A stretch of 57,668 nucleotides of DNA from an uncultured Defluviitaleaceae bacterium (GCA_964392115.1 CAYMOU010000001.1:1-57668); one strand, 5' to 3'. Shown: positions 1-9,834, counted from the stretch's first letter. Numbers and translations: made by a program. The notes: generated by a model from the sequence alone, not told the origin.

Positions 1-336
1 TAGGTTCTGAATATTTGTTCCCCGATTGCTCTTGTTTTATAAAGATTTTGACCGAGAAAGAAAAAATTCTTATCTGTCGAAAAACTCTCTTTATTCAATT
101 ATTCCGGGTCAACAAACAGTCAAATTCACAACATATTTTAATTGCAATTATTTTCATAAGGAATTAAAATAGAGTTGCAGAATTTGACAAAAGGAATAAA
201 GTTAGTATACCACAAAACTTTCTATAATAAAATAAATATATTAAAAAACAGAAGGTTTTGATATATTTCCCAATGGATAGTATTTTGTAAATTTTGCATA
301 GGTTTATTTTTCACAATCAAACAAAGGGAGTTCGAT

Positions 337-1203
337 ATGAAATTATTTATTATTAACTTTTTTAAGGGTATATTTATCGGAATTGCCAATATTATTCCGG
401 GTGTAAGCGGCGGCACCATAGCTGTGGTACTGGGAATTTTTGAGCGATTGCTGGAAGCTGTTAACGGAATCTTTAAAGACTTTAAAAAACATTTTCTGTT
501 TTTGCTGGCGGTATTCGCCGGGGCCGGCTTTGGTATAGTATTACTCAGTTCGGCTATTGAATACAGCCTAAATAACTATTCTTTTCCCACTTCCATGTTT
601 TTCGTAGGGTTGGTGGTTGGCTCTATACCGTTGATTTACAGCAAAACCAATGCAAAATCCATAAAACCGGCTAATATATTGGCAACGCTCATTGCTTTCG
701 GTGCTGTAGTATTGTTATCCTCCGGCAACAACACAGAAGTAATAGCCGATTTCAGGCCTGAACCTTCTATGTATATTATGCTGCTTTTCTCAGGTATTAT
801 TGCATCTGCCGCAATGGTTATACCGGGAATCAGCGGTTCTTTCATATTAATGTTGCTGGGGCTTTATCCCATGGTTATTCACTCTATAGCACAAATAAAA
901 TCATATCTTCTTAATCCAAAGGATATGGCTAAGTTGTTGGAAATCGCAGGCGTTCTAATACCTTTGGGTATAGGGGTAATCATAGGAATAATAATAGTAA
1001 CCAAACTCATAAGAATATTCCTGGACAAATATCAAACTCAAACCTATTTCGCAATACTTGGTTTAATTTTAGGCTCCGTATACGGTATATTCAACAGCCC
1101 GATTACATACAAATGCGGCTTGGATACTATGCCCATGATTGCGGGAGCTTTAGCCTGTGGAGTAGGGTTTATTATTTCCCTTGCCTTTGGTAAGAGCGAG
1201 TAA
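337..1203 (+). CDS. DUF368-family polytopic membrane protein (putative undecaprenyl-phosphate translocase type)
   Basis: 288-aa ORF with SD AAAGGGAG upstream. Duplicated DUF368-like signature PG(V/I)SG(G/S) (IIPGVSGGTIA and VIPGISGSFIL). Hydrophobic multi-TM profile. Confidence 0.8.
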   Translation: MKLFIINFFKGIFIGIANIIPGVSGGTIAVVLGIFERLLEAVNGIFKDFKKHFLFLLAVFAGAGFGIVLLSSAIEYSLNNYSFPTSMFFVGLVVGSIPLIYSKTNAKSIKPANILATLIAFGAVVLLSSGNNTEVIADFRPEPSMYIMLLFSGIIASAAMVIPGISGSFILMLLGLYPMVIHSIAQIKSYLLNPKDMAKLLEIAGVLIPLGIGVIIGIIIVTKLIRIFLDKYQTQTYFAILGLILGSVYGIFNSPITYKCGLDTMPMIAGALACGVGFIISLAFGKSE

Positions 1204-1271
1204 TTTTTCGGTTCCCATAACCTGTTTTATGCATAGTATAAATATAGAAAATTATGCATAGGAGTGGTTTG

Positions 1272-1934
1272 ATGTTCCCGAACAAGTCCAATTATATACG
1301 CAACAACGAGCAACAGGATGTAACGGCACAATCCCACGAGCATTACAGTCCGGAACAATATGAGCAAGACGAGTATTTTTTAGACCGTAATTCTCAAAAT
1401 CACGGTCATTATCATGAACCCGATTTGGAAGCGGCTCAATTTCTGTTTCCGCCTTCAAACCGTCCCGAAGGAGGAGGAAGACCACCTACTTTTCCTCCGG
1501 GAGAAGGAGGCGACGTATTTCGTCCCGGCGTAGATAACCGGCCTCCTTTCTCCGGACGTCCCGGCGGTTATCCCGAAAATGAAATTCCGCCGGGCAGACC
1601 GCCAAGACCGGGAGAAATGTTTCCTCCTCAACCGGGCGGATTTTTCCCTCCGGAACCCGGTGGTGCTTTTCCTCCTCAACCCGGCAACAGAAAACCGACC
1701 CAAGCACCACCCAGTCAAATTCCCGAAAAGAGAGCATCACTTCGTGCCGTTGATCCCGGCGGAATAAGACCTTGTCTTTACAGCTACACATATGTATGGC
1801 TGACAAACGGACGCTCTTTCTGGTTCTATCCCACATTTGTAGGCAGAAAATCCGTTTCCGGCTACAGATGGTCCCGTTACGGATGGAGCTTTATCGGCTT
1901 TGATTTGGATTTAATCGAAAGCTTCGTTTGCTGA
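1272..1934 (+). CDS. Pro/Gly-rich low-complexity protein with aromatic-rich C-terminal domain (hypothetical)
   Basis: ORF 1254..1934; GGAG at 1261-1264 favours the in-frame ATG at 1272. Central FPPxPGG-type repeats. Non-repetitive W/Y/F-rich C-terminus (YVWLTNGRSFWFYPTFVGRKSVSGYRWSRYGW). Confidence 0.55.
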   Translation: MFPNKSNYIRNNEQQDVTAQSHEHYSPEQYEQDEYFLDRNSQNHGHYHEPDLEAAQFLFPPSNRPEGGGRPPTFPPGEGGDVFRPGVDNRPPFSGRPGGYPENEIPPGRPPRPGEMFPPQPGGFFPPEPGGAFPPQPGNRKPTQAPPSQIPEKRASLRAVDPGGIRPCLYSYTYVWLTNGRSFWFYPTFVGRKSVSGYRWSRYGWSFIGFDLDLIESFVC

Positions 1935-2032
1935 TTCTGCAATATATTCAGAGGGGTAACGTTAATAGCGTTATCCTTTTTTATGTTCTAAAAAAATGTT
2001 CTTTGTGTGTCACTTCTCCAAGAACTTTTCCT

Positions 2033-2133
2033 ATACTAAATCCATATAAGATGAAGGACAAAAATAATTGTTTTTCCTTGAACCGTCGGAAAAAATCAAT
2101 TATTTTGTCCTCTATTTAAAATTGAATCAGTAT
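2033..2133 (+). repeat. ~101-bp nested-palindrome intergenic repeat, divergent copy C5
   Basis: Same ends (ATACTAAATCCATAT...ATTGAATCAGTAT). The inner stem is replaced by GGACAAAAATAATTG/CAATTATTTTGTCC, with paired changes on both arms. Confidence 0.7.
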
Positions 2134-2293
2134 TAATATGAATTTCTACGCAAACTTCTGTCACCCATACCCGTCCTATGACCCAAACATATCAAAAAAA
2201 GTTGACAACCAAGCAAAAATACTATACGATACAATGAACGGAAACTAACCTTTTATTAATTAATAAATAAAATAAAAATACAAGGTGAATCAA

Positions 2294-2713
2294 ATGAATA
2301 TACAAGATATAAAGGAAATCATTCCACACAGATACCCTTTTTTGTTGATTGATAAAATTATTGAGCTGGACCCCTTAAAAAGAGCCGTTGCTCAAAAGAA
2401 CGTTACCTTTAACGAAGAATTTTTCCAAGGTCACTTCCCGGGCGAACCTGTAATGCCCGGTGTTTTAATTATAGAAGCTATAGCCCAAACCGGAGCGGTT
2501 GCCGTGCTTTCCCATCCGGATTATAAAGGGAAAACGGCTTATTTTGGAGCTATAGATGACGCCAAATTTAGGGCAAAAGTTGTGCCCGGAGACGTGTTGA
2601 CACTGGAAATAGAGATAGTTAAGATAAAGAAAGTTGCCGGAGTGGGCAAGGGTGTAGCCACGGTAAACGGTAAAAAAGTAGCCGAAGCAACCATTACATT
2701 TATGATAGATTAA
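2294..2713 (+). CDS. fabZ: 3-hydroxyacyl-ACP dehydratase FabZ
   Basis: HRYPFLLIDKI and FFQGHFPGEPVMPGVLIIEA hot-dog motifs. AAGGTG 6 nt before ATG 2294; the ORF track starts at GTG 2285. Confidence 0.9.
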   Translation: MNIQDIKEIIPHRYPFLLIDKIIELDPLKRAVAQKNVTFNEEFFQGHFPGEPVMPGVLIIEAIAQTGAVAVLSHPDYKGKTAYFGAIDDAKFRAKVVPGDVLTLEIEIVKIKKVAGVGKGVATVNGKKVAEATITFMID

Positions 2714-2761
2714 TTTAAACGGATTTTTGGACTTCTCCAAAGTCCTACGGTAGGTGAATGT

Positions 2762-4126
2762 ATGTTTAACAAAATATTGATTGCAAACCGGGGCGAAATT
2801 GCCGTTAGGATAATTCGTGCGTGTAAAGAACTGGACATAGGCACGGTTGCGGTTTTTTCAGAAGTAGACAGAGGTGCGTTACATACCCAGCTTGCCGATG
2901 AAGCTATTTGTATCGGAGGAAACAAACCGCAGGACAGCTACCTGAATATGCAAAACATAATCTGTGCAGCCTGTGTTACCAAGGCCCAAGCCTTACATCC
3001 CGGCTTTGGTTTTTTGGCTGAAAACGCAACCTTTGCCACTATGTGTAACGAATGCAACATTACCTTTATAGGCCCCAAAGCCGAAACCATAGACCTTATG
3101 GGCGACAAGGCAAACGCCAGAAAGCTAATGAAAAGTGCAAACGTACCCGTAATTCCCGGCTCCGAAGGGCTTATTTCTTCTATAGAAGAAGCCAAGGAAG
3201 AAGCGGAAAGGCTGGGCTATCCGGTTATGCTGAAAGCAACGGCCGGCGGCGGAGGCAGGGGTATACGTATAGCAAGAGATTACGAACAACTGGTGCAAAT
3301 GTACCATGCCGCAAAAACCGAGGCCAAAACTGCCTTTGGAGACGACGGAATATATCTTGAAAAGGTAATAGAAAACGCTCGTCATATAGAAGTTCAAATT
3401 CTGGGTGATTCTCAAGGAAATATTATTCATCTGGGAGAACGTGACTGTTCTTTGCAAAGACGTAACCAAAAAGTTCTGGAGGAAGCTCCGTCCGTAGCTA
3501 TTTCCAACAAAAAGCGTCAAGAGTTGGGACAAATTGCAGTAGCGGCGGCAAAAGCGGCGCAATACCAAAATGCGGGCACCATAGAATTTTTATATGACAA
3601 AAACGACAATTTCTACTTCATGGAAATGAACACAAGAGTACAGGTGGAACATCCCGTTACCGAGATGGTTACAGGAATAGACATAATAAAAGAACAAATT
3701 CGTATAGCCGCAGGTATGCCTATGTCCGTTAAGCAAAGCGATGTAAAGATCTCCGGACACGCCATAGAATGCCGCATTAATGCCGAAAACCCCGAGTTGG
3801 ACTTTGCTCCCTCTCCCGGTACGGTTAATTACTTGTTCTTACCGGCCGGCGGTTTAGGCTTGAGGGTGGATTCCGCAATGTTTGCCGGATACACCATTCC
3901 GCCTTACTATGATTCCATGATAGCAAAAATAATTGCTCACGGCAGTACCAGGCAAGAAGCCATAGCCAAAATGAAAAGAGCCTTATCCGAATTGGTTATA
4001 GAAGGCGTAAACACCAATGTGGATTTCCAGCTTGACCTCTTGGGCAACAAAAACTTTTTGAACGGAAAATTTGATACCTCTTTTTTACAACGAATTCTTG
4101 ACAGTAAAGTAAACGCTGATAGTTGA
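2762..4126 (+). CDS. accC: acetyl-CoA carboxylase biotin carboxylase subunit AccC
   Basis: 454 aa. N-terminus [24 protein letters not shown]-grasp GGGGRG loop, [15 protein letters not shown] motif. Confidence 0.95.
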   Translation: MFNKILIANRGEIAVRIIRACKELDIGTVAVFSEVDRGALHTQLADEAICIGGNKPQDSYLNMQNIICAACVTKAQALHPGFGFLAENATFATMCNECNITFIGPKAETIDLMGDKANARKLMKSANVPVIPGSEGLISSIEEAKEEAERLGYPVMLKATAGGGGRGIRIARDYEQLVQMYHAAKTEAKTAFGDDGIYLEKVIENARHIEVQILGDSQGNIIHLGERDCSLQRRNQKVLEEAPSVAISNKKRQELGQIAVAAAKAAQYQNAGTIEFLYDKNDNFYFMEMNTRVQVEHPVTEMVTGIDIIKEQIRIAAGMPMSVKQSDVKISGHAIECRINAENPELDFAPSPGTVNYLFLPAGGLGLRVDSAMFAGYTIPPYYDSMIAKIIAHGSTRQEAIAKMKRALSELVIEGVNTNVDFQLDLLGNKNFLNGKFDTSFLQRILDSKVNADS

Positions 4127-4157
4127 TTTAAGCGTTTATCTAAGTAAATACAGAAGG

Positions 4158-5039
4158 GTGGTACATTTGAACCTTTTTGGAAAACGTAAATATGTACCCA
4201 TAAACAAACCACCTGAAGGTCGTGTACCCGTAATACCCGATGGGCTTTGGGTAAAATGCGGGTTATGCGGCAAAACGGTTTATTCCAAAGATTTAACACA
4301 GTATAAGCTTTGCCCTCATTGCAAGGGATGCTTTCGTTTGTCTGCTCCGGAGCGTATAAATTTAATAACTGACCCGGACAGTTTTGCGGAAATGAATAAA
4401 GATATGGTACCGAAAAATCCCTTGGATTATCCGCAATATCTTGAAAAAATCCAAGCTATTTCCAAAAAAACCGGTTTAAAAGAAGCGGTGGTAACCGGCA
4501 CTTGCAGCATAAACGGCAGCGAATGTGTAATGTGTGTTATGGATTCTCATTTTATTATGGGAAGCATGGGGTCCGTTGTAGGCGAAAAAATAACCCGTGC
4601 TTTTGAATACGCTACCGAGAAGAAGCTTCCGGTAGTGGTATTTGCAGCCTCCGGCGGTGCCAGAATGCAGGAGGGTATAGTTTCTCTGATGCAGATGGCG
4701 AAAATTTCTCAAGCGGTTGCAAAACACAGCGAAGCCGGTTTATTATACATTGCCTTTTTGACAGACCCAACAACAGGCGGCGTAACAGCAAGTTTTGCCA
4801 TGCTTGCAGATATTATCCTGGCAGAACCGGGAGCTTTAATCGGATTTACCGGCCGCAGGGTTATAGAACAAACCATAAAACAAACCCTGCCGGACGATTT
4901 TCAAAAGGCAGAACATCTTTTGCAGCACGGTTTCATTGACAGAATAGTTCAAAGGCAAAATATTAAGTCCACCTTGGCAACTATTTTAAAATTGCACCAA
5001 AAGAGAGAAATTCCCAAAGAGCAACAAGAAGCAGAATGA
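4158..5039 (+). CDS. accD: acetyl-CoA carboxylase carboxyltransferase beta subunit AccD
   Basis: N-terminal Zn ribbon CGLCGKTVY...CPHCKGCF followed by a carboxyltransferase domain. Alternative in-frame TTG at 4167 lies behind GAAGGGTGG. Confidence 0.9.
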   Translation: MVHLNLFGKRKYVPINKPPEGRVPVIPDGLWVKCGLCGKTVYSKDLTQYKLCPHCKGCFRLSAPERINLITDPDSFAEMNKDMVPKNPLDYPQYLEKIQAISKKTGLKEAVVTGTCSINGSECVMCVMDSHFIMGSMGSVVGEKITRAFEYATEKKLPVVVFAASGGARMQEGIVSLMQMAKISQAVAKHSEAGLLYIAFLTDPTTGGVTASFAMLADIILAEPGALIGFTGRRVIEQTIKQTLPDDFQKAEHLLQHGFIDRIVQRQNIKSTLATILKLHQKREIPKEQQEAE

Positions 5040-5095
5040 TAATTATCATAAAGACTTTGAAAGAGGTTCTTTTAGATATTTAAGGACTGATTCAT

Positions 5096-5920
5096 ATGAG
5101 TACACAAGTAATGAATATAGTAAACCTATCCCGTAAGCCCTCCAGACCCACGGCCTTCGAATTTATTAACGGAATTTTTAAGAATTTCGTTCAATTTTAC
5201 GGAGACAGGTATTATAAAGACGATGCGGCGGTTATCGGCGGCATAGCTAGCCTTGTGGGTATGCCTGTAACAGTTATAGGCATACAAAAAGGCCACGACT
5301 TACAAGAAAATATAAACAGAAACTTCGGTCAACCTCATCCCGAGGGTTATCGCAAGGCCTTGAGGCTGATGAAACAGGCTGAAAAATTCGGCAGACCGGT
5401 TATCAATTTTATCAATACACCCGGTGCTTTCTGCGGCATTGAAGCAGAGGAAAGAGGACAGGGTGCGGCTATTGCCAACAATCTGTTTGAAATGTCCCTG
5501 TTAAAGGTGCCTGTAATTTCTATAATTATAGGCGAAGCCGGAAGCGGCGGTGCCTTGGCCCTTAGCGTTGCGGATAAGGTTTGGATGTTGGAAAATTCCA
5601 CGTATTCAATACTTTCGCCGGAGGGCTATGCCTCCATTCTCTGGAAGGATGCCTCAAAGGCGGATAAAGCTGCACAGCTGATGAAGCTAACAGCAGCCGA
5701 TCTTAAAGGCATGGAAATTATAGATAAGATTATTCCGGAGCCGGAAGACGGCGTTGATATTGAGGATGCTCAAGGTTTTAAACAGGTTGTCACCGAATTA
5801 AAACAAAATCTTATTTCAGAAATTAAAAATTTATCTTCAAAAGATACAGAGACCCTCCTTGCCGAACGTTACGAAAGATTCAGAAAATTCGGTGAGTTTG
5901 AAGAACCGGAGATGGATTAA
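5096..5920 (+). CDS. accA: acetyl-CoA carboxylase carboxyltransferase alpha subunit AccA
   Basis: [36 protein letters not shown] and [13 protein letters not shown] motifs typical of AccA. Confidence 0.9.
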   Translation: MSTQVMNIVNLSRKPSRPTAFEFINGIFKNFVQFYGDRYYKDDAAVIGGIASLVGMPVTVIGIQKGHDLQENINRNFGQPHPEGYRKALRLMKQAEKFGRPVINFINTPGAFCGIEAEERGQGAAIANNLFEMSLLKVPVISIIIGEAGSGGALALSVADKVWMLENSTYSILSPEGYASILWKDASKADKAAQLMKLTAADLKGMEIIDKIIPEPEDGVDIEDAQGFKQVVTELKQNLISEIKNLSSKDTETLLAERYERFRKFGEFEEPEMD

Positions 5921-5977
5921 AAACCTTGGCGTAACGTTGTAATCCAAAAATCGTCAACTATATATGAAGTTTTACCT

Positions 5978-6002
5978 GTAACCCTTTCGGGTTACTTTTT
6001 TT
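5978..6002 (+). terminator. Rho-independent terminator after accA
   Basis: GTAACCC-TTTC-GGGTTAC hairpin followed by T7. Confidence 0.7.
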
Positions 6003-6119
6003 ATGCAAAAATATTTGACTAAACCGTCCGTCAAAACCCCAAAAACAAACCCGCCGAACATGACACATATCGAAAAGTCTGTACATAAAATGAATTAGAG
6101 TTAATTTGGAGGGATTGAG

Positions 6120-6536
6120 TTGGAGAGCAAAAAGTTTGCAATTATAGGCGGAGACAAGCGAAATTATTACCTTGCCAACGAGTTGAAGCAAGATGGACAT
6201 ACGGTAAAACTATTCGGTTTTTCCAAATATGACAGCGAAGGTTTGTATAGGCAAAGCGGGTTGTACGAAACAATAGACGGTGCGGACTATATTATAGGCG
6301 GTATACCGGCCAGCAACGACGGGCTGTTATTAAATATGCCTTATGAAAATGACAATATATCTGCTGAAGATTTGTTCCGGCTGATTAAAAAACACCAAGT
6401 ATATTTTGCGGGCTATATAAAAAGTGAACTGGTGGAGCTGGCGGAGCGTTTTCAGGTTAATATAGTGGATGTATTGAAAAAAGAAGAATTATCCATATTA
6501 AACGCAATTCCTACTGCATTTGGTAAAAAGGTATAA
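6120..6536 (+). CDS. dpaA: dipicolinate synthase subunit A (SpoVFA/DpaA), N-terminal part, interrupted by the intervening element
   Basis: TTG start 6 nt after GGAGGG. FAIIGGDKRNYYLANEL Rossmann-like N-terminus matches the SpoVFA layout. Homology ends at ...ILNAIPTA (codon GCA 6516-6518). The last 5 codons plus stop (FGKKV*) come from the insert. Confidence 0.85.
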   Translation: MESKKFAIIGGDKRNYYLANELKQDGHTVKLFGFSKYDSEGLYRQSGLYETIDGADYIIGGIPASNDGLLLNMPYENDNISAEDLFRLIKKHQVYFAGYIKSELVELAERFQVNIVDVLKKEELSILNAIPTAFGKKV

Positions 6537-6557
6537 AATATAAAGAGAATTAAAATT

Positions 6558-6610
6558 TTGAGGGAGTAAACCTTTTTTCCGGCATAAAAAATAGGTTTTC
6601 TCCCTCAAAG
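6558..6610 (+). repeat. GAGGGA-type palindromic hairpin (family copy a), just inside the left end of the element
   Basis: TTTGAGGGAGTAAACCT...AGGTTTTCTCCCTCAAAG inverted repeat, 20 nt after the truncated dpaA stop. Likely terminator. Confidence 0.6.
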
Positions 6611-6719
6611 TCTCTCTTTCCTAAAAAGCCGAACAAAGAGCCGAGTTTTTAAAATTTATATAAACAAAGTCGTGAAAATATTATTAGAAATATAATGAAT
6701 TGGAAAGTGTGAAAATGTA

Positions 6720-6748
6720 TTGACAAATCTCCAACATAAGTATAGAAT
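6720..6748 (+). promoter_or_regulatory. sigma-A-like promoter for the ABC transporter operon
   Basis: TTGACA (6720-6725), 17-nt spacer, TAGAAT (6743-6748). Confidence 0.5.
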
Positions 6749-6774
6749 TAAATCATACTAAACATATATGTTTA

Positions 6775-7452
6775 ATGGACTGGATGGTTATTATGGATTG
6801 GAACTTTATAAAAGAATACGCTCCCATGTATGGAGAAGCTGCTGTTTTAACAGCTAAAATTGCTGCTATAGGAATATTTTTTTCCATAATAACAGGCATA
6901 GTGTGCAGCGTGGTTCGGTACTGTAGAATACCAATTCTAAAACAAATTTCCGGGCTTTATATTGAATTATCCAGAAATACACCATTATTGATACAATTAT
7001 TTTTCTTATATTTTGGATTGCCGAAGATAGGCATAGTTTTGGACTCGGAACTGTGTGGAATAATAGGGCTTAGTTTTTTGGGCGGCGGCTACATGGCAGA
7101 AGCTTTCCGAAGCGGACTGGAATCGGTCGAAAAAAAGCAGTATGAATCCGGTCTGTGTTTGGGCATGAGCTCGGGGCAAATTTTAAGGTTTGTTGTAATA
7201 CCCCAAGCCATTTCGGTTTCGGTGCCTGCGGTTTGTTCCAATATAATTTTTTTGATTAAGGAAACTTCCGTATTCAGCGCCGTTGCCTTGGCTGATTTAA
7301 TGTTTGTGGCTAAGGACTTAATCGGGCTGTATTACAAAACAGATGAAGCCTTATTTATGCTGGTAATGTCGTATCTGTTGTTGCTTTTACCTATTTCCCT
7401 AATTTCCGCTGCTGTTGAAAGGAGGGTTAGGTATGCAGGATATGGGCATTAA
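6775..7452 (+). CDS. polar amino-acid ABC transporter permease (His/Glu/Gln/Arg/opine family)
   Basis: 225 aa, multi-TM. EAA-type loop AEAFRSGLESVEKKQYESGLCLGMS. In-frame alternative ATG at 6793. Confidence 0.85.
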   Translation: MDWMVIMDWNFIKEYAPMYGEAAVLTAKIAAIGIFFSIITGIVCSVVRYCRIPILKQISGLYIELSRNTPLLIQLFFLYFGLPKIGIVLDSELCGIIGLSFLGGGYMAEAFRSGLESVEKKQYESGLCLGMSSGQILRFVVIPQAISVSVPAVCSNIIFLIKETSVFSAVALADLMFVAKDLIGLYYKTDEALFMLVMSYLLLLLPISLISAAVERRVRYAGYGH

Positions 7453-8110
7453 TGTTTTGTTTCAGGGCAATAGCTTTATGCGATTACTGGAAGGTTTATG
7501 GGTGACGGTGAGGATTTCCCTGTTGTCTGTGGGGATTTCCATATTGCTGGGCATAGTATTGGGTCTGATTATGACAGTAAAAAATCCTGTGATAAAGCTC
7601 TTGACCGGTTTATATATAAACTTTGTCAGAATAATGCCCCAGCTTGTGCTGTTATTTTTGGTTTATTTTGGGGTGACAAAAAGTTTTGGTATAAACTTGT
7701 CCGGCGAGATTTCCGCAATTATCGTTTTTGTGTTTTGGGGTACGGCGGAAATGGGTGATTTGGTACGGTCTGCAATAATTTCTATACCCAAGCACCAATC
7801 GGAAAGCGGCAAGTCTATTGGCCTAAGCACCCTGCAGATATATTATTATATCATTATCCCACAAACCCTTAAACGTCTTATTCCCAACGCTATTAACCTT
7901 ACCACAAGAATTATAAAAACCACCTCCTTGGTTGCATTGATAGGAGTTATAGAAGTATTGAAAGTGGGACAGCAAATAATCGAAGCTTCTCGGTTCACAA
8001 TGCCAACGTCAGCCTTATGGATTTATGCAGCTATATTCGCTTTATACTTTGCGGTCTGCTACCCCATATCCTTGTTGGCAAGGAAGCTTGAGAAAAGTCA
8101 GAGTGAGTGA
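7433..8110 (+). CDS. polar amino-acid ABC transporter permease, second subunit
   Basis: GGAGGG 7421-7426 precedes ATG 7433; the ORF track starts at TTG 7415. Multi-TM with an ABC permease fold signature. Confidence 0.85.
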   Translation: MQDMGINVLFQGNSFMRLLEGLWVTVRISLLSVGISILLGIVLGLIMTVKNPVIKLLTGLYINFVRIMPQLVLLFLVYFGVTKSFGINLSGEISAIIVFVFWGTAEMGDLVRSAIISIPKHQSESGKSIGLSTLQIYYYIIIPQTLKRLIPNAINLTTRIIKTTSLVALIGVIEVLKVGQQIIEASRFTMPTSALWIYAAIFALYFAVCYPISLLARKLEKSQSE

Positions 8111-8121
8111 GGAGCGGTTTC

Positions 8122-8871
8122 ATGAAAAACGGTGAAAAACTACTGGAAATAAACAATCTATACAAAAAATTCGGGGACAACCATATCCTTAAAAATATCT
8201 CCTTCAGCGTTAACCAAGGCGAGGTTGCGGTGGTAATCGGCCCGTCCGGTTGCGGTAAGAGTACCCTACTTCGATGTATTAACGGGCTTGAATCCATAGA
8301 GACCGGCGGAGAAATCACGCTGGGCGGTGTTAACCTTATGTATAAAAACACCGATTGGAGAAAAGTCCGTCAACAAATAGGTATGGTATTTCAAAGCTAT
8401 GATTTGTTCCCCAATATGACCGTTATGCAGAACATTCTGCTGGGTCCTACAAAGGTCCAAAAGATTAAACCGGAGGATTGTATTAAAACCGCAGAAAGCT
8501 TGCTCTCCAGAGTAGGCCTTTCTGACAAAAAAAATGCCTATCCCCGAGAATTATCCGGCGGACAAAAACAACGTGTGGCCATAGTCAGGGCGCTGATTAT
8601 GAACCCGAAAATTATGCTTTTTGATGAGGTAACAGCCTCCTTAGACCCGGAAATGGTCAGAGAGGTTCTAAACGTAATTTTGGAACTTGCAAGAAGCGGC
8701 ATGACCATGATTATAGTTACCCACGAAATGCAATTTGCCAAAGCGATAGCCGATAAAATCGTGTTTATCGATGACGGTGAAATTGCAGAAATAACCACAC
8801 CGCAGGAGTTTTTCCAAAACCCCAAGACGGTACGGGCGAAAAAATTTATCAATATATTTGACTACAGTTAG
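8122..8871 (+). CDS. amino-acid ABC transporter ATP-binding protein (GlnQ/ArtP-like)
   Basis: Walker A GPSGCGKST, signature LSGGQKQRVAIVRAL, Walker B MLFDEVTASLD. GAGGAG precedes ATG 8122. Confidence 0.9.
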   Translation: MKNGEKLLEINNLYKKFGDNHILKNISFSVNQGEVAVVIGPSGCGKSTLLRCINGLESIETGGEITLGGVNLMYKNTDWRKVRQQIGMVFQSYDLFPNMTVMQNILLGPTKVQKIKPEDCIKTAESLLSRVGLSDKKNAYPRELSGGQKQRVAIVRALIMNPKIMLFDEVTASLDPEMVREVLNVILELARSGMTMIIVTHEMQFAKAIADKIVFIDDGEIAEITTPQEFFQNPKTVRAKKFINIFDYS

Positions 8872-8881
8872 GAGACTGGAT

Positions 8882-9772
8882 ATGAAGACGAAAATTTTAG
8901 CACTGCTGATTACTTTGATTTTGGTAACGGGTTTAACTGCCTGCGGCAGTCCCAATCCCTCAAGCAATGATGTGCAAATTAATACAGAAAAAACGGCATC
9001 ACCTACTCCGGAAAAAACTCTTGCAAGAACTCCGGAAGAAATTAAAACAAGCGGTAAGGTAGTAATAGGCGTATTCAGCGACAAGAAACCCTTTGGTTAT
9101 GTGGATGAAAACGGTGATTATCAAGGATATGATATTTATTTTGCAAGAAGAATCGCCGAAGATTTAGGCGTTGAACTTGAATTAATTTCCGTTGAACCTG
9201 CCAGCCGTGTAGAGTATTTGGTTACAGGTAAAGTAGACATAATTCTGGCAAATTTCACCGTAACAGAAGAAAGAGCCGAAAAGGTTGATTTTGCTCTACC
9301 CTACATGAAAGTTGCTCTGGGTGTGGTATCTCCCGAAGCCTCTTTGATAACCGACCCTGATCAATTAAACGGCAAAACTCTTATAGTTTCTAAGGGAACA
9401 ACAGCAGAAACTTACTTTACAAAAAATTACCCCGATGTTAAGCTGTTAAAATTTGACCAATATTCCGAAGCCTTTAACGCCTTGCTGGACGGTCGTGGAG
9501 ATGCTCTTTCTACAGATAACACAGAAGTGTTGGCATGGGCATTGGAAAACCAAGGCTTTAAAGTAGGGGTTGAATCCCTGGGTAATATCGATACTATTGC
9601 ACCGGCGGTTCAAAAAGGCAACACCGAGCTTTTAAACTGGTTAAATGACCAAATAAAAGCTCTGGCAAACGAAGAATTTTTCCACAATAACTTTAACGAA
9701 ACCCTTGCCGGAGTTTACGGAGACGCCGTAAATCCCGATAGCTTGGTTGTTGAAGGCGGTATAGTAGAGTAA
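8882..9772 (+). CDS. amino-acid ABC transporter substrate-binding lipoprotein
   Basis: AGGAGA precedes ATG 8882. Signal peptide with lipobox LTAC. PBP type-3 domain features (GVFSDKKPFGYVDENGDYQGYDI). Confidence 0.85.
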   Translation: MKTKILALLITLILVTGLTACGSPNPSSNDVQINTEKTASPTPEKTLARTPEEIKTSGKVVIGVFSDKKPFGYVDENGDYQGYDIYFARRIAEDLGVELELISVEPASRVEYLVTGKVDIILANFTVTEERAEKVDFALPYMKVALGVVSPEASLITDPDQLNGKTLIVSKGTTAETYFTKNYPDVKLLKFDQYSEAFNALLDGRGDALSTDNTEVLAWALENQGFKVGVESLGNIDTIAPAVQKGNTELLNWLNDQIKALANEEFFHNNFNETLAGVYGDAVNPDSLVVEGGIVE

Positions 9773-9802
9773 TAGTAAGGTATAGTACAAAACAGTAATT
9801 CC

Positions 9803-9834
9803 TAACCCGTATCTTTTGGTACGGGTTATTTTTA
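9803..9834 (+). terminator. Rho-independent terminator after the transporter operon
   Basis: TAACCCGTA-loop-TACGGGTTA followed by a T-run. Confidence 0.7.

Noticed and set aside
75-81. Exact 0A-box core TGTCGAA near the left window edge
   Set aside because: It is a single 7-mer with unknown gene context, since the upstream gene lies outside the window. It is indistinguishable from chance.
1455-1836. Three ORFs (1455-1718 minus, 1486-1836 minus, 1579-1767 plus) overlapping the Pro/Gly-rich gene
   Set aside because: They are alternative-frame artefacts of a GC-rich CCN/GGN repeat. None has an SD, and their Arg/Ser-rich translations are typical of off-frame low complexity.
1928-2119. 63-aa ORF downstream of the Pro/Gly-rich gene
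   Set aside because: It is almost entirely covered by repeat copy C5, has no SD, and its composition is that of translated AT-rich palindrome.
6064-6092. Sigma-K-like promoter (AC ... CATAAAATG) upstream of dpaA
   Set aside because: It would be biologically expected for spoVF. The match to AC-N16-17-CATAnnnTA is only partial (CATAAAATG), and I cannot place the -35 confidently, so it is not reported as a feature.
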